A stretch of DNA of 64,000 bases, taken from the NCBI GenBank assembly GCA_964016885.1, contig OZ024758.1, positions 31,682,001 to 31,746,000 of the forward strand, given 5' to 3'. The DNA comes from Eledone cirrhosa. Lineage: Eukaryota. Position numbers and translations under genes: made by a program. This document shows, piece after piece, positions 1 to 14,666 of the stretch (the first letter of the stretch is position 1; every line of letters begins with the position of its first letter). Under the pieces are notes generated by a model. The model was not told the DNA's origin. It did not search any database and saw only the letters and a program-made list of their open reading frames with translations.

Positions 1-206
1 TTTAATGAACAAGGCTCAGTTTTCTAAGATCCAATCTAAATGGTTTATATAATGTTTAGTCTATCTTTTTCAACAACTAACAATTTTTTTATCAGCTTGC
101 AGAATTTTACTTCTTGCATTCATCACCATCATCGGTTTTATGTCTATTTAAAAGAAAAACGATGATGATGATGATGAATGCAAGATATAAAATTCATCAT
201 TCTTTC

Positions 207-422
207 TTATCCCTTTATCATTTACATTACTCTATATTTACTATTATATTCTCACAGTAGAGACTGTACCTCACATAATATCGAATTTACGAGATTTTAA
301 TATTATTTATTTTCAGAACAATACCTTAAAGTCAGTATGAGCTGCCAATTATGGTCGGTTTGAACAGAAAGAGGTGAGAGAATTCTAGCTGGATACAGCT
401 GGTTTAAATGCTAAAGGGTTAA
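207..422. mobile_element. piggyBac-type MITE (about 210 bp)
   Basis: Family consensus TTAA-CCCTTTAGCATTTA ... TAAATGCTAAAGGG-TTAA (left end of this copy is diverged). Copies at 12246-12474, 31679-31887, 32940-33153, 37398-37715, 49828-50044, 54423-54608 and 55840-56837. Confidence 0.85.
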
Positions 423-586
423 ACCAGTGAAAGTCATCTATTAACTAACAATAGCTGTATTTGAAATCAAAATTATAAAGCAACAAATGAAATTAGCCTT
501 CATTTATAATGAAATGCCTAAACTTAGACTGTGACAACTCACTCAAAGATTTAACTTTGTGGACTATGTTATATTCTTTTCCTCAC

Positions 587-683
587 CTGCATTTTTTACA
601 TTTGTACAACGTTTCTGTTTTGGGATGATTTTCTGTTGGACTAGCAACAAGCAAGGTTTTTACATCATTGTTGAGAATTCCAC
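587..683 (-). CDS. DUSP12: DUSP12 coding exon 4 (start of zinc-binding domain); gene continues beyond the window start
   Basis: GGILNNDVKTLLVASPTENHPKTETLYKCKKCR|gtgagg; YKCxKCR is the first zinc-binding motif typical of DUSP12/YVH1. Confidence 0.85.
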
Positions 684-1569
684 CTGGAAAATACAGTTAA
701 AATATTTAAAACCAGACAATCAGAACCAACAGTAAAATAATATACTGTAAATGTGGTTGGCCTAAGAAGGGCATCCAGCCATAGAAACCAAGTCAGAAAC
801 AGTTCTGTATAAGCAAGATATGGTTATTTGATCTGACTTGTCTCACACTAGGACAACTTGTCAAACCCATGCTACCGTGGAAAAACGGACACTAAATATT
901 GATGATGATGGTGATGATGATTAGAGGCACTCTGTTGGTTATGATGGCAAGTGTTCCAGTTGATCCAATCAACGGAACAACTTGATCGTGGAATTAACAT
1001 GTAAGTGGCTGAGCATTCCACAGACACACGTACCCTTTACATAGTTCTCCGGAAGATTCAGTGTAACACAGTGTGTGACAAAGTTGGTCCTCTGCACTAC
1101 AGGTACAACTCATTTTTGCCAGCAGAGTGGACTGGAACAACGTTAAATAGAGTGTCTTGCTCAAGGACACAACCACACAGCCAAACTATAATAAAGTAAG
1201 GAGTGCGGGACAGCGTCCAGAATATATTTTTTTATCCAGTTTGTAAAATAAGTTGGATTACTTTGAATAAATAATGAATGAATATTACATAATTTATCTA
1301 CTAAATTTCGTTATTCTTGATTAAATATAAATAATTTTGTTGCTTATTTTAAGATTCACTTCTTTAAAATGTTCAAATGTCAACACTTCCGGTTAGCGAT
1401 CGCTTAAATAAACATTCATATATTTCTGTCACTAATTTTCTCCTAATGCAGTTTATATATAATATCATCTTTTTTTCATGTGTCATGGAGTACGTTATTG
1501 ATTACATAAGACAGTGTAACACAGTCTTCGTTCAATTTCTGTGTATATTGTCAATTACGATTTTATTTG

Positions 1570-4500
1570 ATGTATCATATCTACATGTATATATACTTGT
1601 GTATAATATCAATATACACACTAGACATGCAGCAGATATATAATATCTACATGTATATATACTTGTGTATAATATCAATATACACACTACACATGCAGCA
1701 GATATATAATATCTACATGTATATATACTTGTGTATAATATCAATATACACACTACACATGCAGCAGATATATAATATCTACATGTATATATACTTGTGT
1801 ATATTATCAATATACACACTACACATGCAGCAGATATATAATATCTACATGTATATATACTTGTATATAATATCAATATACACACTACACATGCAGCAGA
1901 TATATAATATCTACATGTATATATACTTGTGTATAATATCAATATACACACTAGACATGCAGCAGATATATAATATCTACATGTATATATACTTGTGTAT
2001 ATTATCAATATACACACTACACATGCAGCAGATATATAATATCTACATGTATATATACTTGTGTATAATATCAATATACACACTACACATGCAGCAGATA
2101 TATAATATCTACATGTATATATACTTGTGTATATTATCAATATACACACTAGACATGCCAGCAGATGTATCATATCTACATGTATATATACTTGTGTATA
2201 ATATCAATATACACACTAGACATGCCAGCAGATGTATCATATCTACATGTATATATACTTGTGTATAATATCAATATACACACTAGACATGCCAGCAGAT
2301 ATATCATATCTACATGTATATATACTTGTGTATAATATCAATATACACACTAGACATGCCAGCAGATATATCATATCTACATGTATATATACTTGTGTAT
2401 AATATCAATATACACACTAGACATACCAGCAGATATATAATATCTACATGTATATATACTTGTGTATAATATCAATATACACACTACACATGCAGCAGAT
2501 ATATAATATCTACATGTATATATACTTGTGTATATTATCAATATACACACTAGACATGCAGCAGATATATAATATCTACATGTATATATACTTGTGTATA
2601 TTATCAATATACACACTACACATGCAGCAGATATATAATATCTACATGTATATATACTTGTGTATATTATCAATATACACACTACACATGCAGCAGATAT
2701 ATAATATCTACATGTATATATACTTGTGTATATTATCAATATACACACTAGACATGCCAGCAGATATATCATATCTACATGTATATATACTTGTGTATAA
2801 TATCAATATACACACTAGACATACCAGCAGATATATAATATCTACATGTATATATACTTGTGTATAATATCAATATACACACTACACATGCAGCAGATAT
2901 ATAATATCTACATGTATATATACTTGTGTATATTATCAATATACACACTAGACATGCAGCAGATATATAATATCTACATGTATATATACTTGTGTATATT
3001 ATCAATATACACACTACACATGCAGCAGATATATAATATCTACATGTATATATACTTGTGTATATTATCAATATACACACTAGACATACCAGCAGATATA
3101 TAATATCTACATGTATATATACTTGTGTATAATATCAATATACACACTAGACATGCCAGCAGATGTATCATATCTACATGTATATATACTTGTGTATAAT
3201 ATCAATATACACACTAGACATGCCAGCAGATATATCATATCTACATGTATATATACTTGTGTATAATATCAATATACACACTACACATGCAGCAGATATA
3301 TAATATCTACATGTATATATACTTGTGTATATTATCAATATACACACTAGACATGCCAGCAGATATATCATATCTACATGTATATATACTTGTGTATATT
3401 ATCAATATACACACTACACATGCAGCAGATATATAATATCTACATGTATATATACTTGTGTATATTATCAATATACACACTAGACATGCCAGCAGATATA
3501 TAATATCTACATGTATATATACTTGTGTATAATATCAATATACACACTAGACATACCAGCAGATATATAATATCTACATGTATATATACTTGTGTATATT
3601 ATCAATATACACACTAGACATACCAGCAGATATATAATATCTACATGTATATATACTTGTGTATAATATCAATATACACACTAGACATGCAGCAGATATA
3701 TAATATCTACATGTATATATACTTGTGTATATTATCAATATACACACTAGACATGCAGCAGATATATAATATCTACATGTATATATACTTGTGTATATTA
3801 TCAATATACACACTAGACATGCAGCAGATATATAATATCTACATGTATATATACTTGTGTATATTATCAATATACACACTAGACATGCCAGCAGATATAT
3901 AATATCTACATGTATATATACTTGTGTATAATATCAATATACACACTAGACATGCCAGCAGATATATAATATCTACATGTATATATACTTGTGTATATTA
4001 TCAATATACACACTAGACATGCCAGCAGATATATAATATCTACATGTATATATACTTGTGTATATTATCAATATACACACTAGACATACCAGCAGATATA
4101 TAATATCTACATGTATATATACTTGTGTATAATATCAATATACACACTAGACATGCCAGCAGATATATAATATCTACATGTATATATACTTGTGTATATT
4201 ATCAATATACACACTAGACATGCCAGCAGATATATAATATCTACATGTATATATACTTGTGTATATTATCAATATACACACTACACATGCAGCAGATATA
4301 TAATATCTACATGTATATATACTTGTATATAATATCAATATACACACTACACATGCAGCAGATATATAATATCTACATGTATATATACTTGTGTATAATA
4401 TCAATATACACACTAGACATGCAGCAGATATATAATATCTACATGTATATATACTTGTGTATATTATCAATATACACACTACACATGCAGCAGATATATA

Positions 4501-6892
4501 ATATCTACATGTATATATACTTGTGTATAATATCAATATACACACTACACATGCAGCAGATATATAATATCTACATGTATATATACTTGTGTATATTATC
4601 AATATACACACTAGACATGCCAGCAGATGTATCATATCTACATGTATATATACTTGTGTATAATATCAATATACACACTAGACATGCCAGCAGATGTATC
4701 ATATCTACATGTATATATACTTGTGTATAATATCAATATACACACTAGACATGCCAGCAGATATATCATATCTACATGTATATATACTTGTGTATAATAT
4801 CAATATACACACTAGACATGCCAGCAGATATATCATATCTACATGTATATATACTTGTGTATAATATCAATATACACACTAGACATACCAGCAGATATAT
4901 AATATCTACATGTATATATACTTGTGTATAATATCAATATACACACTACACATGCAGCAGATATATAATATCTACATGTATATATACTTGTGTATATTAT
5001 CAATATACACACTAGACATGCAGCAGATATATAATATCTACATGTATATATACTTGTGTATATTATCAATATACACACTACACATGCAGCAGATATATAA
5101 TATCTACATGTATATATACTTGTGTATATTATCAATATACACACTACACATGCAGCAGATATATAATATCTACATGTATATATACTTGTGTATATTATCA
5201 ATATACACACTAGACATGCCAGCAGATATATCATATCTACATGTATATATACTTGTGTATAATATCAATATACACACTAGACATACCAGCAGATATATAA
5301 TATCTACATGTATATATACTTGTGTATAATATCAATATACACACTACACATGCAGCAGATATATAATATCTACATGTATATATACTTGTGTATATTATCA
5401 ATATACACACTAGACATGCAGCAGATATATAATATCTACATGTATATATACTTGTGTATATTATCAATATACACACTACACATGCAGCAGATATATAATA
5501 TCTACATGTATATATACTTGTGTATATTATCAATATACACACTAGACATACCAGCAGATATATAATATCTACATGTATATATACTTGTGTATAATATCAA
5601 TATACACACTAGACATGCCAGCAGATGTATCATATCTACATGTATATATACTTGTGTATAATATCAATATACACACTAGACATGCCAGCAGATATATCAT
5701 ATCTACATGTATATATACTTGTGTATAATATCAATATACACACTACACATGCAGCAGATATATAATATCTACATGTATATATACTTGTGTATATTATCAA
5801 TATACACACTAGACATGCCAGCAGATATATCATATCTACATGTATATATACTTGTGTATATTATCAATATACACACTACACATGCAGCAGATATATAATA
5901 TCTACATGTATATATACTTGTGTATATTATCAATATACACACTAGACATGCCAGCAGATATATAATATCTACATGTATATATACTTGTGTATAATATCAA
6001 TATACACACTAGACATACCAGCAGATATATAATATCTACATGTATATATACTTGTGTATATTATCAATATACACACTAGACATACCAGCAGATATATAAT
6101 ATCTACATGTATATATACTTGTGTATAATATCAATATACACACTAGACATGCAGCAGATATATAATATCTACATGTATATATACTTGTGTATATTATCAA
6201 TATACACACTAGACATGCAGCAGATATATAATATCTACATGTATATATACTTGTGTATATTATCAATATACACACTAGACATGCAGCAGATATATAATAT
6301 CTACATGTATATATACTTGTGTATATTATCAATATACACACTAGACATGCCAGCAGATATATAATATCTACATGTATATATACTTGTGTATAATATCAAT
6401 ATACACACTAGACATGCCAGCAGATATATAATATCTACATGTATATATACTTGTGTATATTATCAATATACACACTAGACATGCCAGCAGATATATAATA
6501 TCTACATGTATATATACTTGTGTATATTATCAATATACACACTAGACATACCAGCAGATATATAATATCTACATGTATATATACTTGTGTATAATATCAA
6601 TATACACACTAGACATGCCAGCAGATATATAATATCTACATGTATATATACTTGTGTATATTATCAATATACACACTAGACATGCCAGCAGATATATAAT
6701 ATCTACATGTATATATACTTGTGTATATTATCAATATACACACTAGACATGCCAGCAGATATATAATATCTACATGTATATATACTTGTGTATATTATCA
6801 ATATACACACTAGACATACCAGCAGATATATAATATCTACATGTATATATACTTGTGTATAATATCAATATACACACTAGACATGCCAGCAG
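1570..6892. repeat. 66/67-bp minisatellite, about 80 copies, in DUSP12 intron 3
   Basis: Unit atatctacatgtatatatacttgtgtata(a/t)tatcaatatacacacta(g/c)acat(g/a)c(c)agcagatatata. Confidence 0.97.
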
Positions 6893-7756
6893 AAAACCAC
6901 CCGAGGGTGGTTTTCTGTTACTACACAATAATAAGTCACATACACAACAGATAGAGCACATCACCATTGCACACCACACCACACTACACTACACTACACT
7001 ACACTACACTACACTACACTACACTACACTACACCACACCACACCACACTACACTACACTACATCACACCACACCACACTACATCACACCACACTACACT
7101 ACATCACACTACACTACACCACACCACACTACACCACACTACACCGCACCACACCATACCTCACCACACTACACTACATCACACCACACCACACTACACC
7201 ACACTACACTACACCACACCACACCACACCACACTACACCACACTACACCGCACCACACCATACCTCACCACACTACACTACATCACACCACACTACACC
7301 ACACTACACTACACCACACTACACCACACCACACTACACCACACCACACTACACAACACTACATCACACCACACCACACTACACCACACCACACCACACC
7401 ACACCACACCACACTACACTATACCGCACCACACTACACCACACCACACCACACCACACTACACCACACCACACCACACTACACTACACCACACCACAAT
7501 ACACTACACCACACCACACTACACTACACCACACCACAATACACTACACCACACCACACCGCACTACACTACACCACACTACACTATACCGCACCACACC
7601 ACACCACACCACACTACACCACACCACATGCCCCAGAAATGCTACATGTTAATACACCATCCCTACAACTCAGGAGTTACAGTAACATACAAGATGTAGA
7701 TAGGACATCATAATGAATTATGAGCGCTGTTAGGCAGGACCCCCCCTATTTAGAGA
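6877..7756 (-). mobile_element. Probable non-autonomous Helitron
   Basis: Minus strand ends in a 13-bp-stem hairpin (cagaaaaccaccc-tc-gggtggttttctg), 9 nt, then CTAG|T. Candidate A|TC 5' end at 7756, which is tentative. Confidence 0.5.
6965..7628. repeat. (CACCA/CACTA)n pentanucleotide microsatellite
   Basis: Direct reading. Confidence 0.97.
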
Positions 7757-7834
7757 TTAATTATGTCTTGCATAATCAAAAACTGGATGATGATGATGAT
7801 GATGATGATAAGGTAAAATAATATAATGTCTTAC

Positions 7835-7956
7835 CTTCATTGAGTTTCAAAGCAAATGTATTCAACTTGAACTTTTTATAATCACTATTGTTTACATTAA
7901 TGTGACAAGCCATTTGAGCAAAGAGTTCCAGCTGGAATTGGAATCCTGGGTTCGGC
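7835..7956 (-). CDS. DUSP12: DUSP12 coding exon 3
   Basis: Phase-compatible ag/gt exon encoding (Q)PNPGFQFQLELFAQMACHINVNNSDYKKFKLNTFALKLNE; PNxGFxxQL is the DSP C-terminal motif. Confidence 0.88.
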
Positions 7957-8046
7957 CTGGTATAAAATAGAAAGAATAGATTGGAACATGTTAGTCACAC
8001 AACCCATGAGGTCTAGTCACTAACATAATTATATTGCAGTGGAATG

Positions 8047-8230
8047 GTGGATTGGCAGTATAGGTAGAGGGTCGGACGCCATGCTTTGACGCATAGAGTT
8101 ACGGCCCTTGCCATTCTGAGTTCAAATCCTGCCGAGGTTAACTTTGCCTTTCATCCTTACGGGGTCGATAAAATAAAGTACCAGTAATTCACTGGTGAAT
8201 TGCTGGCCTTGTGCCAAAAGTAGAAACAAA
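8047..8230 (+). mobile_element. tRNA-derived SINE family 1 (about 180 bp); many copies in the window
   Basis: A-box tggcagtatcgg, B-box gagttcaaatcc, core gcctttcatccttacggggtcgataaaataaagtacc. Other copies at about 11538-11722, 11725-11940, 18098-18278, 20421-20608, 21153-21333, 22318-22502, 25617-25805, 25833-26017, 31365-31555, 43135-43282, 45675-45813 and 58650-58772. Confidence 0.9.
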
Positions 8231-9147
8231 TATTGCAGCAGCGGAATGTTTTTATACTTTATATCAGAGGTTCTCAAAGTGGGTTGGTACCACCACTCAG
8301 GCATTGAGAAGGGTTGGGGGAAGAGGAGTGCTATGAATTCATTATTTATAATATTATTATCGTATTGTATATACAGTGTACCCCAGTTATTAGCTGAATT
8401 TTCCTTAGAACCTAACTAATAATTGTTCATGGTAACCACCTCATATTTGTGGAATTGTAAATATCTTCTGCAATTTTTATTATGGCTTTTTTCGTGGCCA
8501 TATATATATTTTTTAACACTAAATTATTAATAACAATATACAGTATTTACTGGCCTATTGGACGCCCCTTCGCATAAAACACTCCCTCTTTTTTTATTAT
8601 ATTTTACGCTATATTTTGACATTTATAAGCATTTTTATGGACTACGCCCAATATCCACGGTTTTTCACTCTTCACAGTGGCCCCAAAAGTTTGAGAACTT
8701 CTGCTTTATATCATATTTTGATATGTTATATCTCTTCCTCACTTTCCCCTCTCTCTTTCTATCCTTCTTTGGAAGAAATCTGCTGTGTTCAGACATGGAA
8801 AGGGATGGACTCCACCAGGCTCAGAAATGGCCAGGAAATGCCTTATACCACTACTAAGAACATATTAGAACATATTAGTCGCACTTTTAGCAGCCAGCTC
8901 ACTAACATAATTCTATTGCGATATTATAGTGGAATTGTCAGTGACAAGGCCACAGAGTATGAGGTAAACTTTGACCCCACAAAATAAAAAACCAATGAAT
9001 AGGAAATATAACCGTTTTGAGGGGTTGTATTTTTGAATTGCTAAAATAACTCTCCTACAGTATAATTGTTTCAGTTTCATCAGTCATCATGTCGTTTGTT
9101 AAACAACTACAACTCTGAAAGATTAGAAGCCATTTTTTATTTGTTTT

Positions 9148-10729
9148 GTATATCTGGTTTATAACAGGTACACTGTATCTTTGGGTATTGTAAGAGATGT
9201 GTATCTGATTTATAACAGGTACACTGTATCTTTGGGTATTGTAAGAGATGTGTATCTGATTTATAACAGGTACACTGTATCTTTGGGTATTGTAAGAGAT
9301 GTGTATCTGATTTATAACAGGTACACTGTATCTTTGGGTATTGTAAGAGATGTATATCTGGTTTATAACAGGTACACTGTATCTTTGGGTATTGTAAGAG
9401 ATGTGTATCTGATTTATAACAGGTACACTGTATCTTTGGGTATTGTAAGAGATGTATATCTGGTTTATAACAGGTACACTGTATCTTTGGGTATTGTAAG
9501 AGATGTGTATCTGATTTATAACAGGTACACTGTATCTTTGGGTATTGTAAGAGATGTATATCTGGTTTATAACAGGTACACTGTATCTTTGGGTATTGTA
9601 AGAGATGTATATCTGGTTTATAACAGGTACACTGTATCTTTGGGTATTGTAAGAGATGTGTATCTGGTTTATAACAGGTACACTGTATCTTTGGGTATTG
9701 TAAGAGATGTATATCTGGTTTATAACAGGTACACTGTATCTTTGGGTATTGTAAGAGATGTATATCTGGTTTATAACAGGTACACTGTATCTTTGGGTAT
9801 TGTAAGAGATGTATATCTGGTTTATAACAGGTACACTGTATCTTTGGGTATTGTAAGAGATGTGTATCTGATTTATAACAGGTACACTGTATCTTTGGGT
9901 ATTGTAAGAGATGTGTATCTGGTTTATAACAGGTACACTGTATCTTTGGGTATTGTAAGAGATGTATATCTGGTTTATAACAGGTACACTGTATCTTTGG
10001 GTATTGTAAGAGATGTATATCTGGTTTATAACAGGTACACTGTATCTTTGGGTATTGTAAGAGATGTGTATCTGGTTTATAACAGGTACACTGTATCTTT
10101 GGGTATTGTAATAGATGTATATCTGGTTTATAATAGGTACACTGTATCTTTGGGTATTGTAAGAGATGTGTATCTGGTTTATAATAGGTACACTGTATCT
10201 TTGGGTATTGTAAGAGATGTGTATCTGGTTTATAACAGGTACACTGTATCTTTGTGTATTGTAAGAGATGTATATCTGGTTTATAATAGGTACACTGTAT
10301 CTTTGGGTATTGTAAGAGATGTGTATCTGGTTTATAACAGGTACACTGTATCTTTGGGTATTGTAAGAGATGTGTATCTGGTTTATAACAGGTACACTGT
10401 ATCTTTGGGTATTGTAAGAGATGTGTATCTGGTTTATAACAGGTACACTGTATCTTTGGGTATTGTAATAGATGTATATCTGGTTTATAATAGGTACACT
10501 GTATCTTTGGGTATTGTAAGAGATGTGTATCTGGTTTATAATAGGTACACTGTATCTTTGGGTATTGTAAGAGATGTGTATCTGGTTTATAACAGGTACA
10601 CTGTATCTTTGTGTATTGTAAGAGATGTATATCTGGTTTATAATAGGTACACTGTATCTTTGGGTATTGTAAGAGATGTGTATCTGGTTTATAACAGGTA
10701 CACTGTATCTTTGTGTATTGTAAGAGATG
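9148..10729. repeat. 51-bp minisatellite, about 31 copies
   Basis: Unit tgtatctttgggtattgtaagagatgt(g/a)tatctg(g/a)tttataacaggtacac. Confidence 0.97.
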
Positions 10730-12124
10730 ACTAAAAGAATTGGCACCAGAATTTTATAGCCAATTTCAAAAAAGAATATAATTTTTCAGATTTTTCAGTA
10801 TTGATGTCTTGTAAGGCACGTGACTTAGTGGTTAGAGAATTGGATTCACAATTGTGAAGTTGCAAGTTCGATTCCCAGACCAGGCGATGTGTTAAGTCCT
10901 TGAGCAAGGCACTTTATTTCTTGTTGCCCTTTCTGCCAGGAGTTGCGACGAGTAGATAGTATCGGCAAAGAAAAGACCAATGTAAACATTGTTTCCTTGG
11001 TCTGATTTGACAAGTTCCACTTCACTCAGTAAGGAGGTCTGGGATCTTGTCAATTGATTGATAACTTGCAATATATTTCTGTCAGTTTGATCTCCAGGTG
11101 CCACCAGGTAATGTATTTCAGTTTTGAACTAAGCAGACATCCAGGAATAAGACACCTAATGAAATGCATAAGGTCGTGAATTAGTTGGGTGCTTATGGTA
11201 TCGGATTAAAAATGCTTTGGTTTTTGTTTCAGCTCCCTGTACTCTAAGCTATAATCTCCCACTGAGGTTAGTACTCACTGTAAATGAGGTTGGTGTTAGG
11301 AAGGGCATCCAGCTGTAGAAACCAAGCCCAAATCAGTTCTGTATGAAGACATTGCCCACAACAGGACAACTCATTTAACCTATGCTAGCATGGAAAAATG
11401 GACGTAAAATGATGATGATGATGTATCAATTTAGTACTGGGGTTGATTCTTCCCACCCAGCTTTGAAAGAAATTGGTTGTTTAAAATGCTCAAAACATGC
11501 CCTGTGTCAGGTACACGAACAGGAATTAAGGGCATTTAATAATTGTTTCTACTTTAGGCACAAGGCCAGCAATTACCCAGTGCATTACTGGTACTTTATT
11601 TTATCGACCCCGTAAGGATGAAAGGCAAAGTCAACCTCGGCGGGATTTGAACTCAGAATGGCAAGGGCCGTAACTCTATGCGTCAAAACATTGCGTCCGA
11701 CCCTCTACCGATACTGCCAATCATAAAATAATGGTTTCCTTATATAGGCACAAGGCCAGTAATTTGGGGGGGGGGGGGTCGATTAAATCGACCCCAGTGC
11801 GTGACTGGTACTTTATTTTATCGACCCCATAAGGATGAAAGGCAAAGTTAACCTTGGCAGGATTTGAGCTCAGATCATAAAGGGCCTTAACTCTTTGCTG
11901 TAAAGCATGGTGTCCAACCCTCTACCGATACTGCCAATCATAAAAGAATGATAGATTTTGAGAATAGGCATGTTTGAGGCCTCTGCCCCGGCGACCCTCT
12001 CAGGAATAAGTGGGCAAAGAAGAAGAAAAAGAGAAGGAGATCAACCCATTCAAAATGTAATGTAGATCTAAATACTGAAAAATCTTTCATCCCTGAAGAT
12101 GTAATTAGTTTTAAAAAAATGATA

Positions 12125-12588
12125 TTAACCCTTTCATTACCATATTTCTAATAAAACAGCACGTATGTTTTTCAATTAAATTTTTAAATAATCGACAATT
12201 TGAAGGGGTTTAGTAAATTATTAATAAGCCAGTTTAGTACATAGGTTAACCCTTTAGCATTTAAACCGGCCGTATCCAGCCAAAATACTCTCACCTCTTT
12301 CTGTTCAAACTGACTGTAACTGGCCACTCATACCAATGTTAAGGTATTGTTCTCAAAATAAACAATATCAAAATCTCATAGATCCAATGTTATGTGGGAT
12401 AATTATGTGAGGTAAAGCCTTAACCATGTAAATACAATAGCAAATATAGAATAATGTAAATGCTAAAGGATTAACAAAGATATTCTTCTATAACATTAAA
12501 AAAAAAATTTAATTATGAATATTTTAAAACAAGACGTTTGTCATAGAATTGGAGCAGTTTAGGGCGGGTTGGTATCAGAAAGGGTTAA
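12125..12588. mobile_element. Second piggyBac-type MITE with the first family nested at an internal TTAA
   Basis: ttaaccctttcattacc ... ggtatcagaaagggttaa enclosing 12246-12474. Confidence 0.7.
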
Positions 12589-12629
12589 CAGTAAATCATC
12601 TCAAATATTTAGACATTTAAAGTTCATAC

Positions 12630-12743
12630 TGGATGAAGGGCCTACAGTCTTTAACCATTTTCAAGGCATTTTTCACATCTAACTGCTTATTTTTCATGAG
12701 CCAGGCAATCACCACAGTTGCACTTCGGGAACAACCAACAAGA
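12630..12743 (-). CDS. DUSP12: DUSP12 coding exon 2 (catalytic loop)
   Basis: ttcttcag|T CTT GTT GGT TGT TCC CGA AGT...; joined to exon 1 gives HCLVGCSRSATVVIAWLMKNKQLDVKNALKMVKDCRPFI (HCxxGxSRS motif); ends CA|gtatga. Confidence 0.9.
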
Positions 12744-14666
12744 CTGAAGAAAATAAAAGAATCATATCAATAATTTAATGAAAGCAGCAAACAGAAATGG
12801 GGAAAAAAGAAAGAAAGAAAGAAATACAACAAAATAATTTGAAATGTGAGAGTTCCAATGCAAATACTCATAATGACAACTATTGATAACTATAAATAAT
12901 AGTTGAGAAAATCAGGTAAAGTAACTTTGCAGATGGAAAAAAATGGACAGTGGCACCTGTTATCTCCAGGGGTCCTTTACCTGATTTTCTCAACCATTAT
13001 TTGTAGGTTTGACTGATGCTTTTCAAACAAACTCCCTTGTGATAGTTGTTCTACATTGAGTTACAGATACCACCTTATTTTCACTGTCAGAAATGTAGAA
13101 ATGAGTCAGTGATTGGGTCTGTCCGAAATCTCTAACAATAATACTGTTCCCCAATTGCAGTATAACCTGTGGTGTTCGAGATGTTTGGTGGAGTCAGGCC
13201 ACTGACAGTGAAGTTCTTGTCATCGTTAGTGGCTTACCTTACTGAGGTGTCAGTTGATGCTGGTTGTTTCAGTGCCTTGGCCTCGCCGTCACCCGTGGTA
13301 ATGCTGTTAGTGTATTGGCTTGTTAACCCTTATGATGGGATGTGCGGCTGATTATCGCACTTGGTGGTGAATTGTCTCCCATTTTCTTCTTTTTTTATTT
13401 TATTTTTGATCTCTCTTTTTGCGTTTATATTTGTATATATTATTTGCGTTTTCGTTCTGTAAGCATTATATTATTATATTTTTTATATTATTATATTATT
13501 TTTTATATTATTATATTTTTATTATAGATATCTTGAAAATATATTTTCCTAAAACTTATGTATATATTTATATATTTGTAATATTATTTATAAAACTGTG
13601 AATAAAAATCCATCCCTTAATAATTGTTAAAATATACAATATAAATAATTGTCAAAATAATAACATAGACAATTGTTAAAATAAATAATTACGTGGTGCC
13701 ACAAATAAAAGCGTGGTAACCTGCACCTAATATAGACTGTAAGGTGGTTGGCGTTAAAGTGGTCGGGCTGCCGTAGAAAACCAAGAAAGAATGGTGTGGC
13801 CAAGTCAAGGTCACTTGACCTGTCCATCCTTATAATGTTACGGTTCATTTAATCCATGCAAGCATGGAAAATAGATGTTAAACGGAGATGATGATGTTGA
13901 AACACAAACACATACATGGTTTGGCTTTGGACTTGGAAACTGTCTTCAAATGTTTTAGTCGATCATATCAATTTATACCAATCGCTACTTATACCAATCT
14001 AGTAGTTATTGTATCGATATCTATCTATCGAATGGCTAAGTTGTATATTCTGAGCACAACATGAGGTAAATCAATGTGCCGACTTATACAACAATGAATT
14101 TAACATAAAGTATGTTTATGTAGCCGGTCCCGGTAAAATAGACTCCCAGGCTATGTAACCGGTAAGGATGTCAGACACCATGCGTTGCGGTACAAGTTAA
14201 GACAATTATTAAGACAATTTGAAATCTTTTCCACCATCAATTGTTAAAAAAAACAAGTAAAAATCATTTAGTGTCCATTGGTAACCTACATTACACTTTA
14301 CTGGCATACACATACACATACACATATACATACACATACACACACACACATATACATACACACACACACACACATATACATGTACATACATAAACAGATA
14401 CAGACAACAGAAGTGGAAACCACACACATACACATATACATGTAAATACATAAACAGATACAGACAACAGAAGTGGAAACCACATACATACACATCCACT
14501 CATACATATTCATAAACACATTAGACAAAATAATGTAATGATTGAGGAAGGTAGGGGCTGGTGAAACGCCATAGCGATGTGTGTGTTGCGTCCCTTTAGG
14601 GTTTACCGGCTACGTAGCCTATTCAAGTAGAGTAATTTTCAAGTAAACTAAACTATCTAAGACATT

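Noticed and set aside
6890-6920. Rho-independent terminator-like hairpin
   Set aside because: Eukaryotic intron; better explained as a Helitron 3' hairpin.
1532-6982. Many ORFs with repeating YTSIYTCRYYISAAC / MYIYLCIISIYTL peptides
   Set aside because: Translations of the 66-bp minisatellite inside a DUSP12 intron; no coding signal.
6855-7713. His/Thr-rich ORFs
   Set aside because: Pentanucleotide microsatellite.
8047-8135. tRNA-like A/B boxes
   Set aside because: Heads of a multi-copy SINE; no intact cloverleaf.
1570-10729. CRISPR-like regular repeats
   Set aside because: Units are contiguous with no unique spacers, there are no cas genes, and the context is eukaryotic.
9055-10746. 563-aa and 517-aa ORFs on both strands
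   Set aside because: The 51-bp unit is a multiple of 3 and lacks stops in those frames; intronic satellite.
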